This document shows positions 9,321 through 19,540 of a DNA stretch of 64,000 bases, one piece after another. This DNA is from Deferribacterales bacterium (GTDB lineage: Bacteria > Chrysiogenota > Deferribacteres > Deferribacterales > Geovibrionaceae), in contig JBFWLW010000001.1 in assembly GCA_050251945.1 (NCBI GenBank), positions 32,001 through 96,000 on the forward strand, given 5' to 3'. The translations under genes were made by a program, and so were the position numbers. The notes beneath the pieces were generated by a model. That model made no database searches, was not told the origin of the DNA, and was given only the letters and a program-made list of their open reading frames with translations. Position 1 is the stretch's first letter. Each line of letters begins with the position of its first letter.

Positions 9321-11228
9321 ATGTCGAGAAAGATCAAAAGCCCTGAAGTCAAGAACATTATTGCCCTTGGAAAAGAAAAGGGATTTCTCACCTTCGATGA
9401 AATAAACGAAAATTTGCCGGACGACGTACTTACAACGGAGCTCATTGACGAAATCATGATGCTTCTCGCCCAGCTTAAGATAGACGTCATCGACAGCAAG
9501 GTGGACAAACCCGGTTTGTTTACTGCCGATGAGGATATTGATGACGAAGACGAAGAACCTTTCGGTATCCTGAAAGACGTCGGCGAAGAAACCATAAGCA
9601 CCGACGACCCCGTGAGGCTCTATCTGAAAGAGATGGGCAACATCCCTCTGCTTAACCGCGACGAGGAGATAGAAGTTGCAAAAGAGATAGAGGACGGTCA
9701 GCGCAAGGTTCTCCGCGCAGTTCTGCTCTACCCGAAAACCGCCGCAAAGATAATGGAAATCGCGGACGGTATTAAAAATGACAGCATGAGGCTTAAGGAT
9801 ATCATTGACATAGAGGATGAGCTTGAAAGCGAACCTGTGGATATCGACGAGCCGGATGCCGAGATAACAAGAAGTCTTGATGAAGACGTTGAGCCTGTAG
9901 AGGACAGCGACGAAGATTTTATAAAAGAAGAAGAGCCGGAAGAAGTGGAAGAGGCGGAAGAGGAAGCTGCTGTCGAAGCGGCAGCCATAACCGTTGACGA
10001 AAAAGAACTCATGATCAAGGAGCAGTATATCGCCATACTGGAAGATATCGCATCCAAACTTAAGCAGAACATCATGATCAACGACAGGATCAAAGAAGAT
10101 AAGCTTAGTCTGGACGAGATACTTTCCCTTAAACAGACGATGCACGATTCCGTTGACGACATAACCGATAAGCTTCTTGAAATAAAAGTTAATTACTCAA
10201 AAATATGCAACATAGCCGGCGATATTAAATACGCTTATTCATCCATTGTGGACGGTTCCAGAGAGCTTGAAAAGCTGTGCCGTCTGGTGAAGTTTACCGG
10301 ATATCCCGAACTCGCTCTCATATGCGAAGACGATATAAAATGTGCCTGCGAAAAACGCGGCATGAACGTTAACGACGTTGCCACTGTTCAGAAAAAGTTT
10401 AAGAATGCCAAAAAGAACTATGACACTGCAATGAATTCGCTCGGTTTTGACAAAGCGGAACTGGACGTTATACACGACAGCCTTGTCATGGGCGAATCCG
10501 AGACAGAGGCGGCAAAATCGAAACTTATCGAGGCGAACCTCCGTCTTGTTGTGTCCATTGCAAAGAAATATACCAACAGAGGGCTGCAGTTCCTTGACCT
10601 TATTCAGGAAGGCAACATCGGTCTTATGAAGGCCGTTGAAAAATTTGAGTATAAACGCGGTTACAAGTTCTCCACCTATGCAACGTGGTGGATACGTCAG
10701 GCTATAACACGCGCCATAGCAGATCAGGCGCGCACCATCCGTATCCCCGTGCACATGATAGAAACAATCAATAAAATGATGAAGATAACCCGTCAGCTCC
10801 AGCAGGACATGGGACGCGAACCCACACCGGAAGAGATATCCCTGAAGATGGATATTCCTGTCGAGAAGATAAAAAAGGTCATGAAGATAGCCAAAGAACC
10901 CGTATCACTTGAAACGCCCATAGGCGAGGACGAGGATTCGAGCCTTGGCGACTTCATAGAGGATAAATCCGCCAAAAATCCTTCGGAGGAGGTGACATAC
11001 CTCAAGCTGAAGGAACATACCCAGCAGATACTGGAAACTTTGAGCCACAGAGAGTCTGAGGTGCTTAAACTGCGCTTTGGAATCAACTGCGACTCCGACC
11101 ATACACTTGAAGAGGTAGGTAAGAAATTCAATGTCACACGCGAACGTATCAGACAGATCGAAGCAAAAGCATTGAGGAAACTGCGCCACCCCACAAGAAG
11201 CAGAATTTTGAAAACTTTTACTGAATAA
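9321..11228 (+). CDS. rpoD: Primary RNA polymerase sigma factor
   Basis: Region 1.1, [11 protein letters not shown], long acidic non-conserved region, [57 protein letters not shown]. Confidence 0.98.
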   Translation: MSRKIKSPEVKNIIALGKEKGFLTFDEINENLPDDVLTTELIDEIMMLLAQLKIDVIDSKVDKPGLFTADEDIDDEDEEPFGILKDVGEETISTDDPVRLYLKEMGNIPLLNRDEEIEVAKEIEDGQRKVLRAVLLYPKTAAKIMEIADGIKNDSMRLKDIIDIEDELESEPVDIDEPDAEITRSLDEDVEPVEDSDEDFIKEEEPEEVEEAEEEAAVEAAAITVDEKELMIKEQYIAILEDIASKLKQNIMINDRIKEDKLSLDEILSLKQTMHDSVDDITDKLLEIKVNYSKICNIAGDIKYAYSSIVDGSRELEKLCRLVKFTGYPELALICEDDIKCACEKRGMNVNDVATVQKKFKNAKKNYDTAMNSLGFDKAELDVIHDSLVMGESETEAAKSKLIEANLRLVVSIAKKYTNRGLQFLDLIQEGNIGLMKAVEKFEYKRGYKFSTYATWWIRQAITRAIADQARTIRIPVHMIETINKMMKITRQLQQDMGREPTPEEISLKMDIPVEKIKKVMKIAKEPVSLETPIGEDEDSSLGDFIEDKSAKNPSEEVTYLKLKEHTQQILETLSHRESEVLKLRFGINCDSDHTLEEVGKKFNVTRERIRQIEAKALRKLRHPTRSRILKTFTE

Positions 11229-11233
11229 AAGTG

Positions 11234-11262
11234 TTGACAAAACCGTAATTTACGAGTAAAAA
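11234..11262 (+). promoter_or_regulatory. Putative sigma70 promoter of the tRNA gene
   Basis: TTGACA-N17-TAAAAA directly upstream of the tRNA; -10 is imperfect. Confidence 0.5.
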
Positions 11263-11274
11263 CATCACTCCCAA

Positions 11275-11348
11275 GGGCCAATAGCTCAGTTGGCTAGAGC
11301 CACCGGCTCATAACCGGTAGGTCGCTGGTTCGAGTCCAGCTTGGCCCA
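11275..11348 (+). tRNA. tRNA with CAT anticodon, most likely tRNA-Ile2 (lysidine), alternatively elongator Met; CCA not encoded
   Basis: Cloverleaf GGGCCAA/TTGGCCC acceptor, ACCGG-CTCATAA-CCGGT anticodon arm, GTTCGAGTC T-loop; location after rpoD is typical of tRNA-Ile2. Confidence 0.93.
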
Positions 11349-11385
11349 TTTTTTTAACTTTTAAATATCACAGAGAAAGGACTAA

Positions 11386-12486
11386 GTGGCAAGGATAAGA
11401 GATTTAAAAAATTATTTGGAGAAGGGGATCGCTGATCGTGACCGTCAATACGACTGGGACAACAGCGGGAACCAGATTGTACCTGACGACAGGGAGATCA
11501 CTAAAGCCGCATTTGCACTTGATCCTTCAGAAAAGGTTATTAACAAAGCAATAGAAGAGGGGTGTGAGGTTCTGATAACTCATCACCCCCTTTTTTTTGG
11601 CTCACTGAAAAGCCTTAATTTCGACAAACCTTTCGACAGAAAAGTAATCAAAGCTATTCAAAACGGACTTTCAGTTCTTTCGCACCACACAAGTCTCGAC
11701 CTTGCGGATTACAGCCTTAACGATCACCTTTGTGCGCTTCTCGGCGGCAAAGTTGAGGAGAACCTCATAACAGAGGGACATATCGAAATGGTGAAATTCG
11801 TCGTCTTTGTGCCTGTTACGCACTCTCAGGCTGTCAGGGATGCAATGGCGGCGGCGGGTGCGGGAAATATAGGGAATTACTCGGATGTTTCCTTTTCGGC
11901 AGAGGGAACAGGACGCTTTAAGCCGTGTGACGGTGCAAACCCGTTCATCGGAAAACAGGGCGAAATAGAAGAAGTTCACGAACACCGCATTGAATCAATC
12001 ATAGAAAAATCAAAAGTTAACAATCTCATCAAAGAAGTCATAAAAGCTCACCCTTACGAAGAGGTCGCATACGACGTTTATCCCGTTTTGGGCGGCGCCG
12101 AATACGGACTCGGACGCGTGGCCTCATACGAAACGGCAATGCCCATGTCCCGTTTCCTTGACCATGTGCGCTTTGTTCTGGGAGCCGACGCTCTCAGAGT
12201 CAACACTTCCGACCTTTCAGGCAGGGTCCGACGCTTTGCCGTTGTAACAGGCAGCGGAGCCTCTGTATGGAAAAAATGCATCGGCAGGGCGGACGTCCTT
12301 GTCACCGGCGATATGAAGCACCACGAGGCGCTTGACGCCCACGAGGCAGGCATAACCATCGTTGATGCAGGGCATTTCCACACTGAACGGATTTTTATGA
12401 AGTATCTTGCAGAAAAAATAAGTGTAAAGTTCAATATAAAATCAGTGTTGATAGACGAAGAACCGCCTATCATCAACTGGAGGTAA
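11386..12486 (+). CDS. Nif3-like dinuclear metal centre hexameric protein with PII-like insert (YqfO type)
   Basis: WDNSG, ITHHPLFF, HTSLD, GAGNIGNYS, AHPYEEVAYD, TGDMKHH, DAGHFHTE. Confidence 0.94.
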   Translation: MARIRDLKNYLEKGIADRDRQYDWDNSGNQIVPDDREITKAAFALDPSEKVINKAIEEGCEVLITHHPLFFGSLKSLNFDKPFDRKVIKAIQNGLSVLSHHTSLDLADYSLNDHLCALLGGKVEENLITEGHIEMVKFVVFVPVTHSQAVRDAMAAAGAGNIGNYSDVSFSAEGTGRFKPCDGANPFIGKQGEIEEVHEHRIESIIEKSKVNNLIKEVIKAHPYEEVAYDVYPVLGGAEYGLGRVASYETAMPMSRFLDHVRFVLGADALRVNTSDLSGRVRRFAVVTGSGASVWKKCIGRADVLVTGDMKHHEALDAHEAGITIVDAGHFHTERIFMKYLAEKISVKFNIKSVLIDEEPPIINWR

Positions 12487-12491
12487 TGTAC

Positions 12492-13217
12492 ATGTTGGAG
12501 ATCATTTCGCAGCTTATCGAGATTCAGCGTCTGGACAATCTGGTAGCCGATGCAGAAGCAAAACTTGCAGGTCAGCCTGAATATGTTCAGAAAGCGCAGG
12601 CGGAGCTTGATAAGGCTCAGGCGGCTTTCGACGAATTCAATGCAAAATATGAAAAGGACCTTGCCGCTAAAACTCAGGTTGAGACAGCCTATGAAGAGGG
12701 CAAAGTGTTACTTGAAAAAGCACAGAAAAAACTTCCCGATGTTAAAAACAACAAGGAATATGAAGCTGTACTTAAAGAGATGGACACTCTTAAAAAGAAT
12801 GTCTACGAATCAGAACTGAGGCTTGCAGAGCTTTCAGAGTCTGTGGACAGATGCAAGGCTGAAAATCAGTCTGTCATTGATAAGCTTGATAAAATGAAAG
12901 AAGAGCTTGAATTCACCAGAACTCAGAAAGATGAGGAGAACGCAGAGCTTATAAGCAGGCTTGCCAAAGACAAGGCAGCAAGAGCGAATGCCATCAAGGC
13001 TATCAAAAGACCGATGCTTTCAAAATATGAAAGGATCAGAGACGCAAGACACAACCTCGCAGTTGTTCGTGTTGAGAACGAAACCTGTACAGGCTGCTGT
13101 ATAAAAATTCCGCCTCAGCTCTATGTTGAGGTCAAAAAAGAGAAAGAACTTCTCCAATGCCCCAACTGCCAACGCTTCCTATACGCACTCCCCGAAGAAG
13201 AAAAAGCTGATGTCTAA
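12492..13217 (+). CDS. Coiled-coil C4 zinc-ribbon protein (DUF164/CT398-like)
   Basis: Long coiled coil, NKEYEA, CTGCCIKIPPQ...CPNCQRFLY; conserved position after nif3. Confidence 0.9.
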   Translation: MLEIISQLIEIQRLDNLVADAEAKLAGQPEYVQKAQAELDKAQAAFDEFNAKYEKDLAAKTQVETAYEEGKVLLEKAQKKLPDVKNNKEYEAVLKEMDTLKKNVYESELRLAELSESVDRCKAENQSVIDKLDKMKEELEFTRTQKDEENAELISRLAKDKAARANAIKAIKRPMLSKYERIRDARHNLAVVRVENETCTGCCIKIPPQLYVEVKKEKELLQCPNCQRFLYALPEEEKADV

Positions 13218-13611
13218 GATTGATATATACACGGACGGCGCGTCACGGGGAAACCCGGGGCACGCTGCCTGCGGTTTCGCCGTCTATGCCGACGGGGTTG
13301 AGATTTACACCGGCAAAAAATATCTCGGACAGGCAACAAACAACTTCGCCGAATACAAAGCCGTTATTGAAGCGGCAAAAAGCCCTCTTGTTAAAGATGA
13401 AAAAGAGATTAATTTCTTTCTGGATTCAGAACTTGTCGTTAAACAGATGAAGGGCGAGTATAAGGTGAAACATCCGAACATTATCCCTCTGAAACAGGAG
13501 CTTGATTCCGTTATCGCCGGAAAAAATGTCACTTTCACACACGTTCCCCGTGCGCAGAACAAAACTGCCGACAGGCTGGCAAACGAAGCCATTGACGAAG
13601 CAACCGGATAA
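13210..13611 (+). CDS. rnhA: Ribonuclease HI (RNase H-like, archaeal/YpdQ type)
   Basis: YTDGASRGNPG, TNNFAEY, DSELVVKQMKGEYKVK, HVPRAQNKTADRLAN; ATG at 13210. Confidence 0.92.
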   Translation: MSKIDIYTDGASRGNPGHAACGFAVYADGVEIYTGKKYLGQATNNFAEYKAVIEAAKSPLVKDEKEINFFLDSELVVKQMKGEYKVKHPNIIPLKQELDSVIAGKNVTFTHVPRAQNKTADRLANEAIDEATG

Positions 13612-13618
13612 TTAAAAG

Positions 13619-13650
13619 ACCGTAAGACCGCCGTTAAGCAGTCTTACGGT
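13619..13650. terminator. Hairpin/bidirectional terminator between rnhA and the lectin gene
   Basis: ACCGTAAGAC..GTCTTACGGT perfect 10-bp stem between convergent genes. Confidence 0.7.
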
Positions 13651-13672
13651 ATAATTCTTAACCGGTCTGAGG

Positions 13673-14026
13673 TTATTTAATCTTAAAAGAGCATTCACAG
13701 ATACTCATTTTGCCCCAAGTTTCCTGCGGGGTCACCCACTGACCTGTCCATTCTCCGCCGTATGAGGCACAAACCACAGGACATTTCACTTTCGCATCAT
13801 CCTGATCCCAGATGGGACCGGCAATTACGTTAAGTTTAAGAATTGTGGAACCCTCTGCCGGTACTTCCAATTCGCAACCACAAACGCTCATTTCGCCGTT
13901 AATGACGGTTTTCCACTGTCCGTTCCATGTTCCAAGGTGTGCAGCACATACAATGGGACATTTTTTTTCAGCGTCTTCCTGATTCCAGATCGGGCCTGCC
14001 GGGATATCGACTGTGAACTTAGCCAT
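13673..14026 (-). CDS. Mannan-binding lectin, MVL (Microcystis viridis lectin) family, two tandem domains
   Basis: Two repeats of AGPIW.Q.DA..KCP.VCA...G.W.GQW.T......S.C.C; GGAGG RBS; no signal peptide. Confidence 0.88.
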   Translation of the reverse strand: MAKFTVDIPAGPIWNQEDAEKKCPIVCAAHLGTWNGQWKTVINGEMSVCGCELEVPAEGSTILKLNVIAGPIWDQDDAKVKCPVVCASYGGEWTGQWVTPQETWGKMSICECSFKIK

Positions 14027-14453
14027 ATTGATTGTCCTCCTGTAAACGATATATAACTAGATTAACACATCGAATATCATTGTCAAATGAAGTTATGAGA
14101 AAATGTGCAAAATGATTAGCATGATTTTGTGTGATAAATGTTTTACATAATAAGATAAATCCATAATTAATCATGTATTGAAATGATGTATTTGATGTTT
14201 TATCAGCAAACCTTGATAGTGTAGGTATTTTTTTATTTTCAGTTACTGTCTTTTATGTGTGAATCAGCGTATACTATCCTTTAAATGTGCATTGTTTATT
14301 GTAAATATAATGTTTGCATAGTTTGTGGTTCGTGTGGTTAAATACGATATCAACTTTTAAGCAGATTATCCGATTTAACTACCACGGAAGGTTTTCCGAA
14401 CGGAGTCGGGATTTGCTTCATAAAAATAAAAAGTACCGGAGGGATAACGGATT

Positions 14454-17279
14454 ATGCCGCCGGACATGAACAGGGAAAAAAACAGGTTTTCACGTTTGCG
14501 TCTGCCATACCGCGTTGTTATCATCGCAGCAGTCTTTCTGTCTGTGCTGATGTTCTCCTGTTCAAAAGAGGACAAACCCCAGCCGAAGCTCGACGAGACG
14601 ATAACAGATACGAAACCCATCGTTTCGCCTATCATAAGTTCAAATGAAAATATCACAAAAGGCAACGATTTCTTCCTTAAGGGGGAGTTCAATAACGCCA
14701 TCGAATTTTACAGCGAGGCGCTGGCACAGAACCGCTCCATCGCTTTTTATAACATGGGCGTCAGCTATTACCTGCTTGGCGACATAGACAAGGCGGAAGA
14801 CGCTTTCCGTCAGGCCGTTCAAGAGAATCCCAACTTTAAAGAAGCATACATGAACCTTGGCGTTGTCCTTATGCAGACCGGAAAGCTTGAAGAGGCGGAA
14901 AAGATCGTCCGCAGACTTCTCAAGGACAACAATGCCAGCACAGCGAAGATGCTTGTGAACATGGCGAACATTCACCTGAAACGAGGAGAAACAGCCCTTG
15001 CAGCCGAATATTTTCAGGAGGCAATGAAAAAAGGCGAACACTCCAAATATGTACAATCAAATTACGCATACTTTCTTATGACCATCGGCGAATATAAGGA
15101 CGGCATCTCAATTCTTGAAAACCTGCAATATAAAGACTACACGGACTATTATAACCTTGCCAGCGCTTACTATAACGAAGGAATGTACCAGCAGGGGCTT
15201 GCCAATGCGCTGAAAGCTATGGAGCTTTACCGTACGGAAGAGGCTGTTAATCTTGCCGCTTTGAACTATGCCGCGCTTGGCGACAATAAAAGCACTATAA
15301 CACTTCTTAAAGAACTGATAGAAAAGAACCCGCTTGAAGAATACAGGTTCAGACTCGCGAAAGCGCATTATCTGGACGGACAATATAAGGATGCAAACAA
15401 AGAGATAACGGCTCTTATCAACGAATTTCCTGACAAGACGGAATACTACAGGCTTAAATATGAAGTGCTTCTCGGCATGGGGGAGATAGCTGATGCGGGC
15501 AACCTCGCAACCGCTTCATATGAGCGGTTCAAAACTGACGATATGCTGTATATGGTTGTGAAACACCGGATAATCTATTACGAAGATATTTCGACTGTTG
15601 AACCGGAACTGCTTTCCGACAGGTCGTCGCCGTTTCTGAACCTTGCGCGCGTGGCTTATTATATCCATAAGGACAAGATGGTTCCAGCCAGACGGTTCAT
15701 AGAGAACGTTCCGCCGGAAACCGACAACGACTATTACGTTTATCAGGCTTACATAAACCTGAAATATAAAAAGTACGAAAACGTACTCACGTTCGCCAAA
15801 AGGATAAGCAAATCCCGCCCTGAATATTTCTGGTATCGCGCTGCGGTGTATTTCAACACAAATAACGTTGAGGGGCTTAAAGAGGCGGTGGCAGAGCAGA
15901 TGAAGCGGAGCGATGCCTTTTCACGCTCTACAAACGTTAAGTTTCACCTCATTCCGAGGATTGAGGATATAGATTTTTCGTACAGGTTTGACGGAAAATA
16001 CGAGCAAATGCTCTCTCTTATGCTCTATCCGCTCTTCATAGAACCTTCTGAAATGATGAATTTCGTTGCGATGGGTTATAAGCTGTTGCAGGATAATAAG
16101 AAACTAAGCGCACTGCGCGAGCTTGAGCGGTCTGTTGAGTTTTCAGAAGGGATAAAGATGAACAACGCCGGAGTGGCGGACATGTTTGCATACAGGTTCA
16201 AGGAAGCGTTCGAGAAATTCAATAAAGCGAACGACATGCTGAACAACAATCCATATACCCTTTACAACATGGGGCTTGCGAAGATGAACCTCGGTGAACC
16301 GGATCTTGCATCGAAATATTTCGATACCGCAGTGTTGCAGAACAACTATCATTTCCCCGCATATCTCGGTTTGGCGGCGACCATGCGGCTTTTGGCTAAG
16401 ACAACCACTCCCGCTGACTATTACAACATAGTACGCGATCGCGCCGTTCAATCGGTGGAATCGAAAAGGAATCTGCCGGAACCGATACTTTATACTTCAT
16501 TTCTGGCGGATACCGGACTCGGAATGTACAAAAAGGTCAAATCAGACCTTGAACCTTATAAGAATAAAAACACATATTTCAGCAATATATACGCTATCGC
16601 CGACTATATGTCCGGAAGCGGGCATAAGGCTCTTGCGCCCTTGAACAACAGACGCAGTATCTACAGAGGACGTGTCCTCTGGGATCTGACTGCAACTGAG
16701 GAGGGGCTCAGCAAATCTGTGGATATGGGGCTTATTAACGACAGGGCATATAAGTTCATGAAGTCATATGCACTTTTGAAACATGGCAAAAAACCTGCCG
16801 CATTCAACTTCGCTGAATATAAGGACGATAAAGCGGCGCTTAAAGAGATGGTTTACTACAGCATAATTCTGAAAGATAAAGCAACCGCCCTGCGGTACCT
16901 GCAGCAGATGAGCGCCATAGATATCAGATATAAAGAGCTTTATAAGGCTTCACTGTACTATTTCCTCTGGATTGAAGACTTTGTGAACGCCGAAGCGTCT
17001 TATACGTCTCTTGCGAACCTGCGCGCGTCAGACAGATATACGGATTACTATAAACTGCTGTATTTCGTTCTGAACTACAACGGCAGAAGGCTGATGGACA
17101 ACGTGTCGGAATATATGAAAAACTATCCGCAAGAGATGACCGGAAAAGAGGTGCGTATGGTTTATGCGCTTCGCAGTGAAAATTTTGAAATGACACTTAA
17201 CACAATCAATGATATAGAAAAGCAGAAGAAAAACTTCCTGAGCGATTTGCCATTGGAGATAAGCATTGACGGTCTATAA
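14454..17279 (+). CDS. Large tetratricopeptide-repeat lipoprotein
   Basis: Lipobox-like MFSC after a hydrophobic stretch; many TPR repeats (AFYNMGVSYY, AYMNLGVVL, TLYNMGLAK). Confidence 0.85.
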   Translation: MPPDMNREKNRFSRLRLPYRVVIIAAVFLSVLMFSCSKEDKPQPKLDETITDTKPIVSPIISSNENITKGNDFFLKGEFNNAIEFYSEALAQNRSIAFYNMGVSYYLLGDIDKAEDAFRQAVQENPNFKEAYMNLGVVLMQTGKLEEAEKIVRRLLKDNNASTAKMLVNMANIHLKRGETALAAEYFQEAMKKGEHSKYVQSNYAYFLMTIGEYKDGISILENLQYKDYTDYYNLASAYYNEGMYQQGLANALKAMELYRTEEAVNLAALNYAALGDNKSTITLLKELIEKNPLEEYRFRLAKAHYLDGQYKDANKEITALINEFPDKTEYYRLKYEVLLGMGEIADAGNLATASYERFKTDDMLYMVVKHRIIYYEDISTVEPELLSDRSSPFLNLARVAYYIHKDKMVPARRFIENVPPETDNDYYVYQAYINLKYKKYENVLTFAKRISKSRPEYFWYRAAVYFNTNNVEGLKEAVAEQMKRSDAFSRSTNVKFHLIPRIEDIDFSYRFDGKYEQMLSLMLYPLFIEPSEMMNFVAMGYKLLQDNKKLSALRELERSVEFSEGIKMNNAGVADMFAYRFKEAFEKFNKANDMLNNNPYTLYNMGLAKMNLGEPDLASKYFDTAVLQNNYHFPAYLGLAATMRLLAKTTTPADYYNIVRDRAVQSVESKRNLPEPILYTSFLADTGLGMYKKVKSDLEPYKNKNTYFSNIYAIADYMSGSGHKALAPLNNRRSIYRGRVLWDLTATEEGLSKSVDMGLINDRAYKFMKSYALLKHGKKPAAFNFAEYKDDKAALKEMVYYSIILKDKATALRYLQQMSAIDIRYKELYKASLYYFLWIEDFVNAEASYTSLANLRASDRYTDYYKLLYFVLNYNGRRLMDNVSEYMKNYPQEMTGKEVRMVYALRSENFEMTLNTINDIEKQKKNFLSDLPLEISIDGL

Positions 17280-17781
17280 GATTAGCAGAAAACTTCTTTA
17301 CGGAATGATAGTCCTTTTTGTTTCGTCCCTGTTCTTTTCGTTCTCATTCATTATAAGAGAAGATTCCGGCGGTTCTGCCGCGGTATGTGCCATTCTGACC
17401 GTTTTTCTGCTTTACACCCTGACCAGTATGCTGATTAGCCGCGTAAGTGTGGAAAACGGCGAGGTGAGTCTTAGAAACCTGATGGGCAGCAAGAGCATAA
17501 AGCTGTCCGAACTGGAGGAGATAGGCATTGTCAATCTGCGCTGGCGGGTGATACTCATACTGTCCGACCCTCATAAGTTTGTATTCATATCATCCTTATA
17601 CGGGGATTTTGAAGAGTTTGTGAATATGCTCCGCGCAAGCGTTCCTGAGGGTGTTAAACCCTCGCTGGACAAGATAACTCATAAGCTGATAAGACGTAAG
17701 AAGATATTTTTGTTTTTGCTGATGGCGGCGGGTTCTCTGTTCTTTATCTTGTCAGGATTCTACAATCTCCTGTACCGCTGA
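17266..17781 (+). CDS. Hypothetical membrane protein (3 TM with a soluble, possibly PH-like, domain)
   Basis: TTG start overlapping the TPR gene stop; GGAG RBS; hydrophobic segments. Confidence 0.65.
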   Translation: MTVYKISRKLLYGMIVLFVSSLFFSFSFIIREDSGGSAAVCAILTVFLLYTLTSMLISRVSVENGEVSLRNLMGSKSIKLSELEEIGIVNLRWRVILILSDPHKFVFISSLYGDFEEFVNMLRASVPEGVKPSLDKITHKLIRRKKIFLFLLMAAGSLFFILSGFYNLLYR

Positions 17782-18573
17782 GTAGGCGTCGTTGCGCTTG
17801 TAACCGAGCGCTTTCAGAATATTCACCGTATCCTTTGAGCTGTAGCCCGCTTTGATGAGCTTTTTCGCGGTTTCTCCGCAGTCTGTGGGCGATTCATGTG
17901 TTTCTTTTTTTCTGTTATTCACGGCAACAACAAATTCGCCTTTCCTGACTATCTGTTCAATGTCCTCTTCGCTGTTTATGAAATATGAGGATTCGTATAT
18001 TTTGGTTATTTCACGCGCACAGAATATCGGAGCAGGAAATACTTCAAGAAGCGTTTTAAGCGTGTCTTCAATCCTGTGCGGAGATTCATAAAAAGCGATT
18101 ACAGTGTTGTATATTGTCAGAGATTCCGCCGTTTTAAGGCGATCGGTGGGCTTGTGGGGTAAGAATCCGTGAAAATAGAAGTCGGATATGTCAAAACCTG
18201 ACATCATGAGCGCAGGGACGAATGCCGTTGCTCCGGGCAGAGCCTGAAATTTTACGCTTTCACGCACAAGAACAGACGTGAGCGTATTTCCGGGGTCGCT
18301 GATGCAGGGGGTTCCGGCTTCCGATATGACGCAGATTGTCTTTCCGCCGCTGACAGTGTTCAGCACCTTTGCGGATGCCTGAACTTCGTTATCCTTGTGA
18401 TAGGATTCCACAGGTTTTTTTATATCCAGTGCGTTCAGAAGCGACTTTGCCGTACGGGTGTCCTCCGCGAATACGACGTCGCAGTCTCTTAATGCTTCCA
18501 GACTGCGCAGAGTGATATCCCCCAGATTGCCTATCGGCGTGGGAACGAACGTAACGGGGGGCAGTGTACTCAA
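17752..18573 (-). CDS. rsmI: 16S rRNA (cytidine1402-2'-O)-methyltransferase
   Basis: PTPIGNLGDITLR, AEDTR, SEAGTPCISDPG, FYESPHRI, REITKIYE. Confidence 0.96.
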   Translation of the reverse strand: MSTLPPVTFVPTPIGNLGDITLRSLEALRDCDVVFAEDTRTAKSLLNALDIKKPVESYHKDNEVQASAKVLNTVSGGKTICVISEAGTPCISDPGNTLTSVLVRESVKFQALPGATAFVPALMMSGFDISDFYFHGFLPHKPTDRLKTAESLTIYNTVIAFYESPHRIEDTLKTLLEVFPAPIFCAREITKIYESSYFINSEEDIEQIVRKGEFVVAVNNRKKETHESPTDCGETAKKLIKAGYSSKDTVNILKALGYKRNDAYSAVQEIVES

Positions 18574-18574
18574 T

Positions 18575-19540
18575 TTATGCCTTCACAAAAGTTTCGTTTA
18601 TGTATTTCTCAGCATTTTTGGCGGCGACAGTGCCGTCGGAAACAGCCGTTGTTATCTGTCTGATCTCTTTTGCGCGTACGTCGCCCGCTACAAAAATACC
18701 TGGAACGGAAGTTTTTGTGGATTCGTCAGCTACTATGAATCCCCATTCATCGGTTTTTACAAGGTCTTTAACAAGTTCTGTCTTTGCTGTGTGTCCGATG
18801 AAAACGAACAGACCGTCAACGACAAGTTCACTTTTTTCGCCTGTCTTGAGGTTATTAAGTGTCAGTCCTGTTACCTTTGTTTCGCCGTTAACGGAATCAA
18901 CCACAGTATCTGTGATGAATTCCATTTTGGGATTTGCGTGGGCGCGTTCCATCGCAAGGTTTGATGCGCGGAATGTATCGCGTCTGTGGATAACATAAAC
19001 TTTTGAAGCGAAACGGGTAAGGTACTCTCCCTCTTCGATGGCGGAATCGCCGCCGCCGACGCTTGCAACCACACGGTCTTTATAGAAAGAGCCGTCGCAG
19101 GTTGCACAGAAGGAAACGCCTCTGCCGTAAAATCTGCTTTCGCCGGGTACGTCCAGTCTTTTGGGTTCGCAGCCGAAGCCTATGATTACTGCTTTTGCTT
19201 TAACCGGTTTTGCACGGTTTTCGATGTGTATTATTTTATAATCACCGTCAAGCTCTATCTTCGTGCAGTTGCCGTTGCGTACGAGTGAGCCGAACTTAAC
19301 CGCGTGGTTGTAAAATTTTTCAGACAGGTCTGCACCCATGATGCCGTCGAAGAAACCGGGGAAGTTTTCCACCCATTCTGTTATGGCAACGTAGCCGCCG
19401 GGAAATTGTTTTTCAAGTATCAGCACTTTCAGTTTATCTCTGGATGCGTACATTCCTGCAGTCAGACCTGCGGGACCGGCTCCGAGAATTACGAGATCGT
19501 ACTCGTCCTGTATGTCCTGTACGTTAAAAAAATCGTGCAT
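18575..19540 (-). CDS. trxB: Thioredoxin-disulfide reductase
   Basis: GAGPAGLTA, GVSFCATCDG, GGGDSAIEE, HRRD, GIFVAGDV. Confidence 0.97.
   Translation of the reverse strand: MHDFFNVQDIQDEYDLVILGAGPAGLTAGMYASRDKLKVLILEKQFPGGYVAITEWVENFPGFFDGIMGADLSEKFYNHAVKFGSLVRNGNCTKIELDGDYKIIHIENRAKPVKAKAVIIGFGCEPKRLDVPGESRFYGRGVSFCATCDGSFYKDRVVASVGGGDSAIEEGEYLTRFASKVYVIHRRDTFRASNLAMERAHANPKMEFITDTVVDSVNGETKVTGLTLNNLKTGEKSELVVDGLFVFIGHTAKTELVKDLVKTDEWGFIVADESTKTSVPGIFVAGDVRAKEIRQITTAVSDGTVAAKNAEKYINETFVKA

Noticed and set aside
13612..14450. rnpB, which often follows nif3-Zn ribbon-rnhA
   Set aside because: No GAGGAAAGTCC or other RNase P signature is seen
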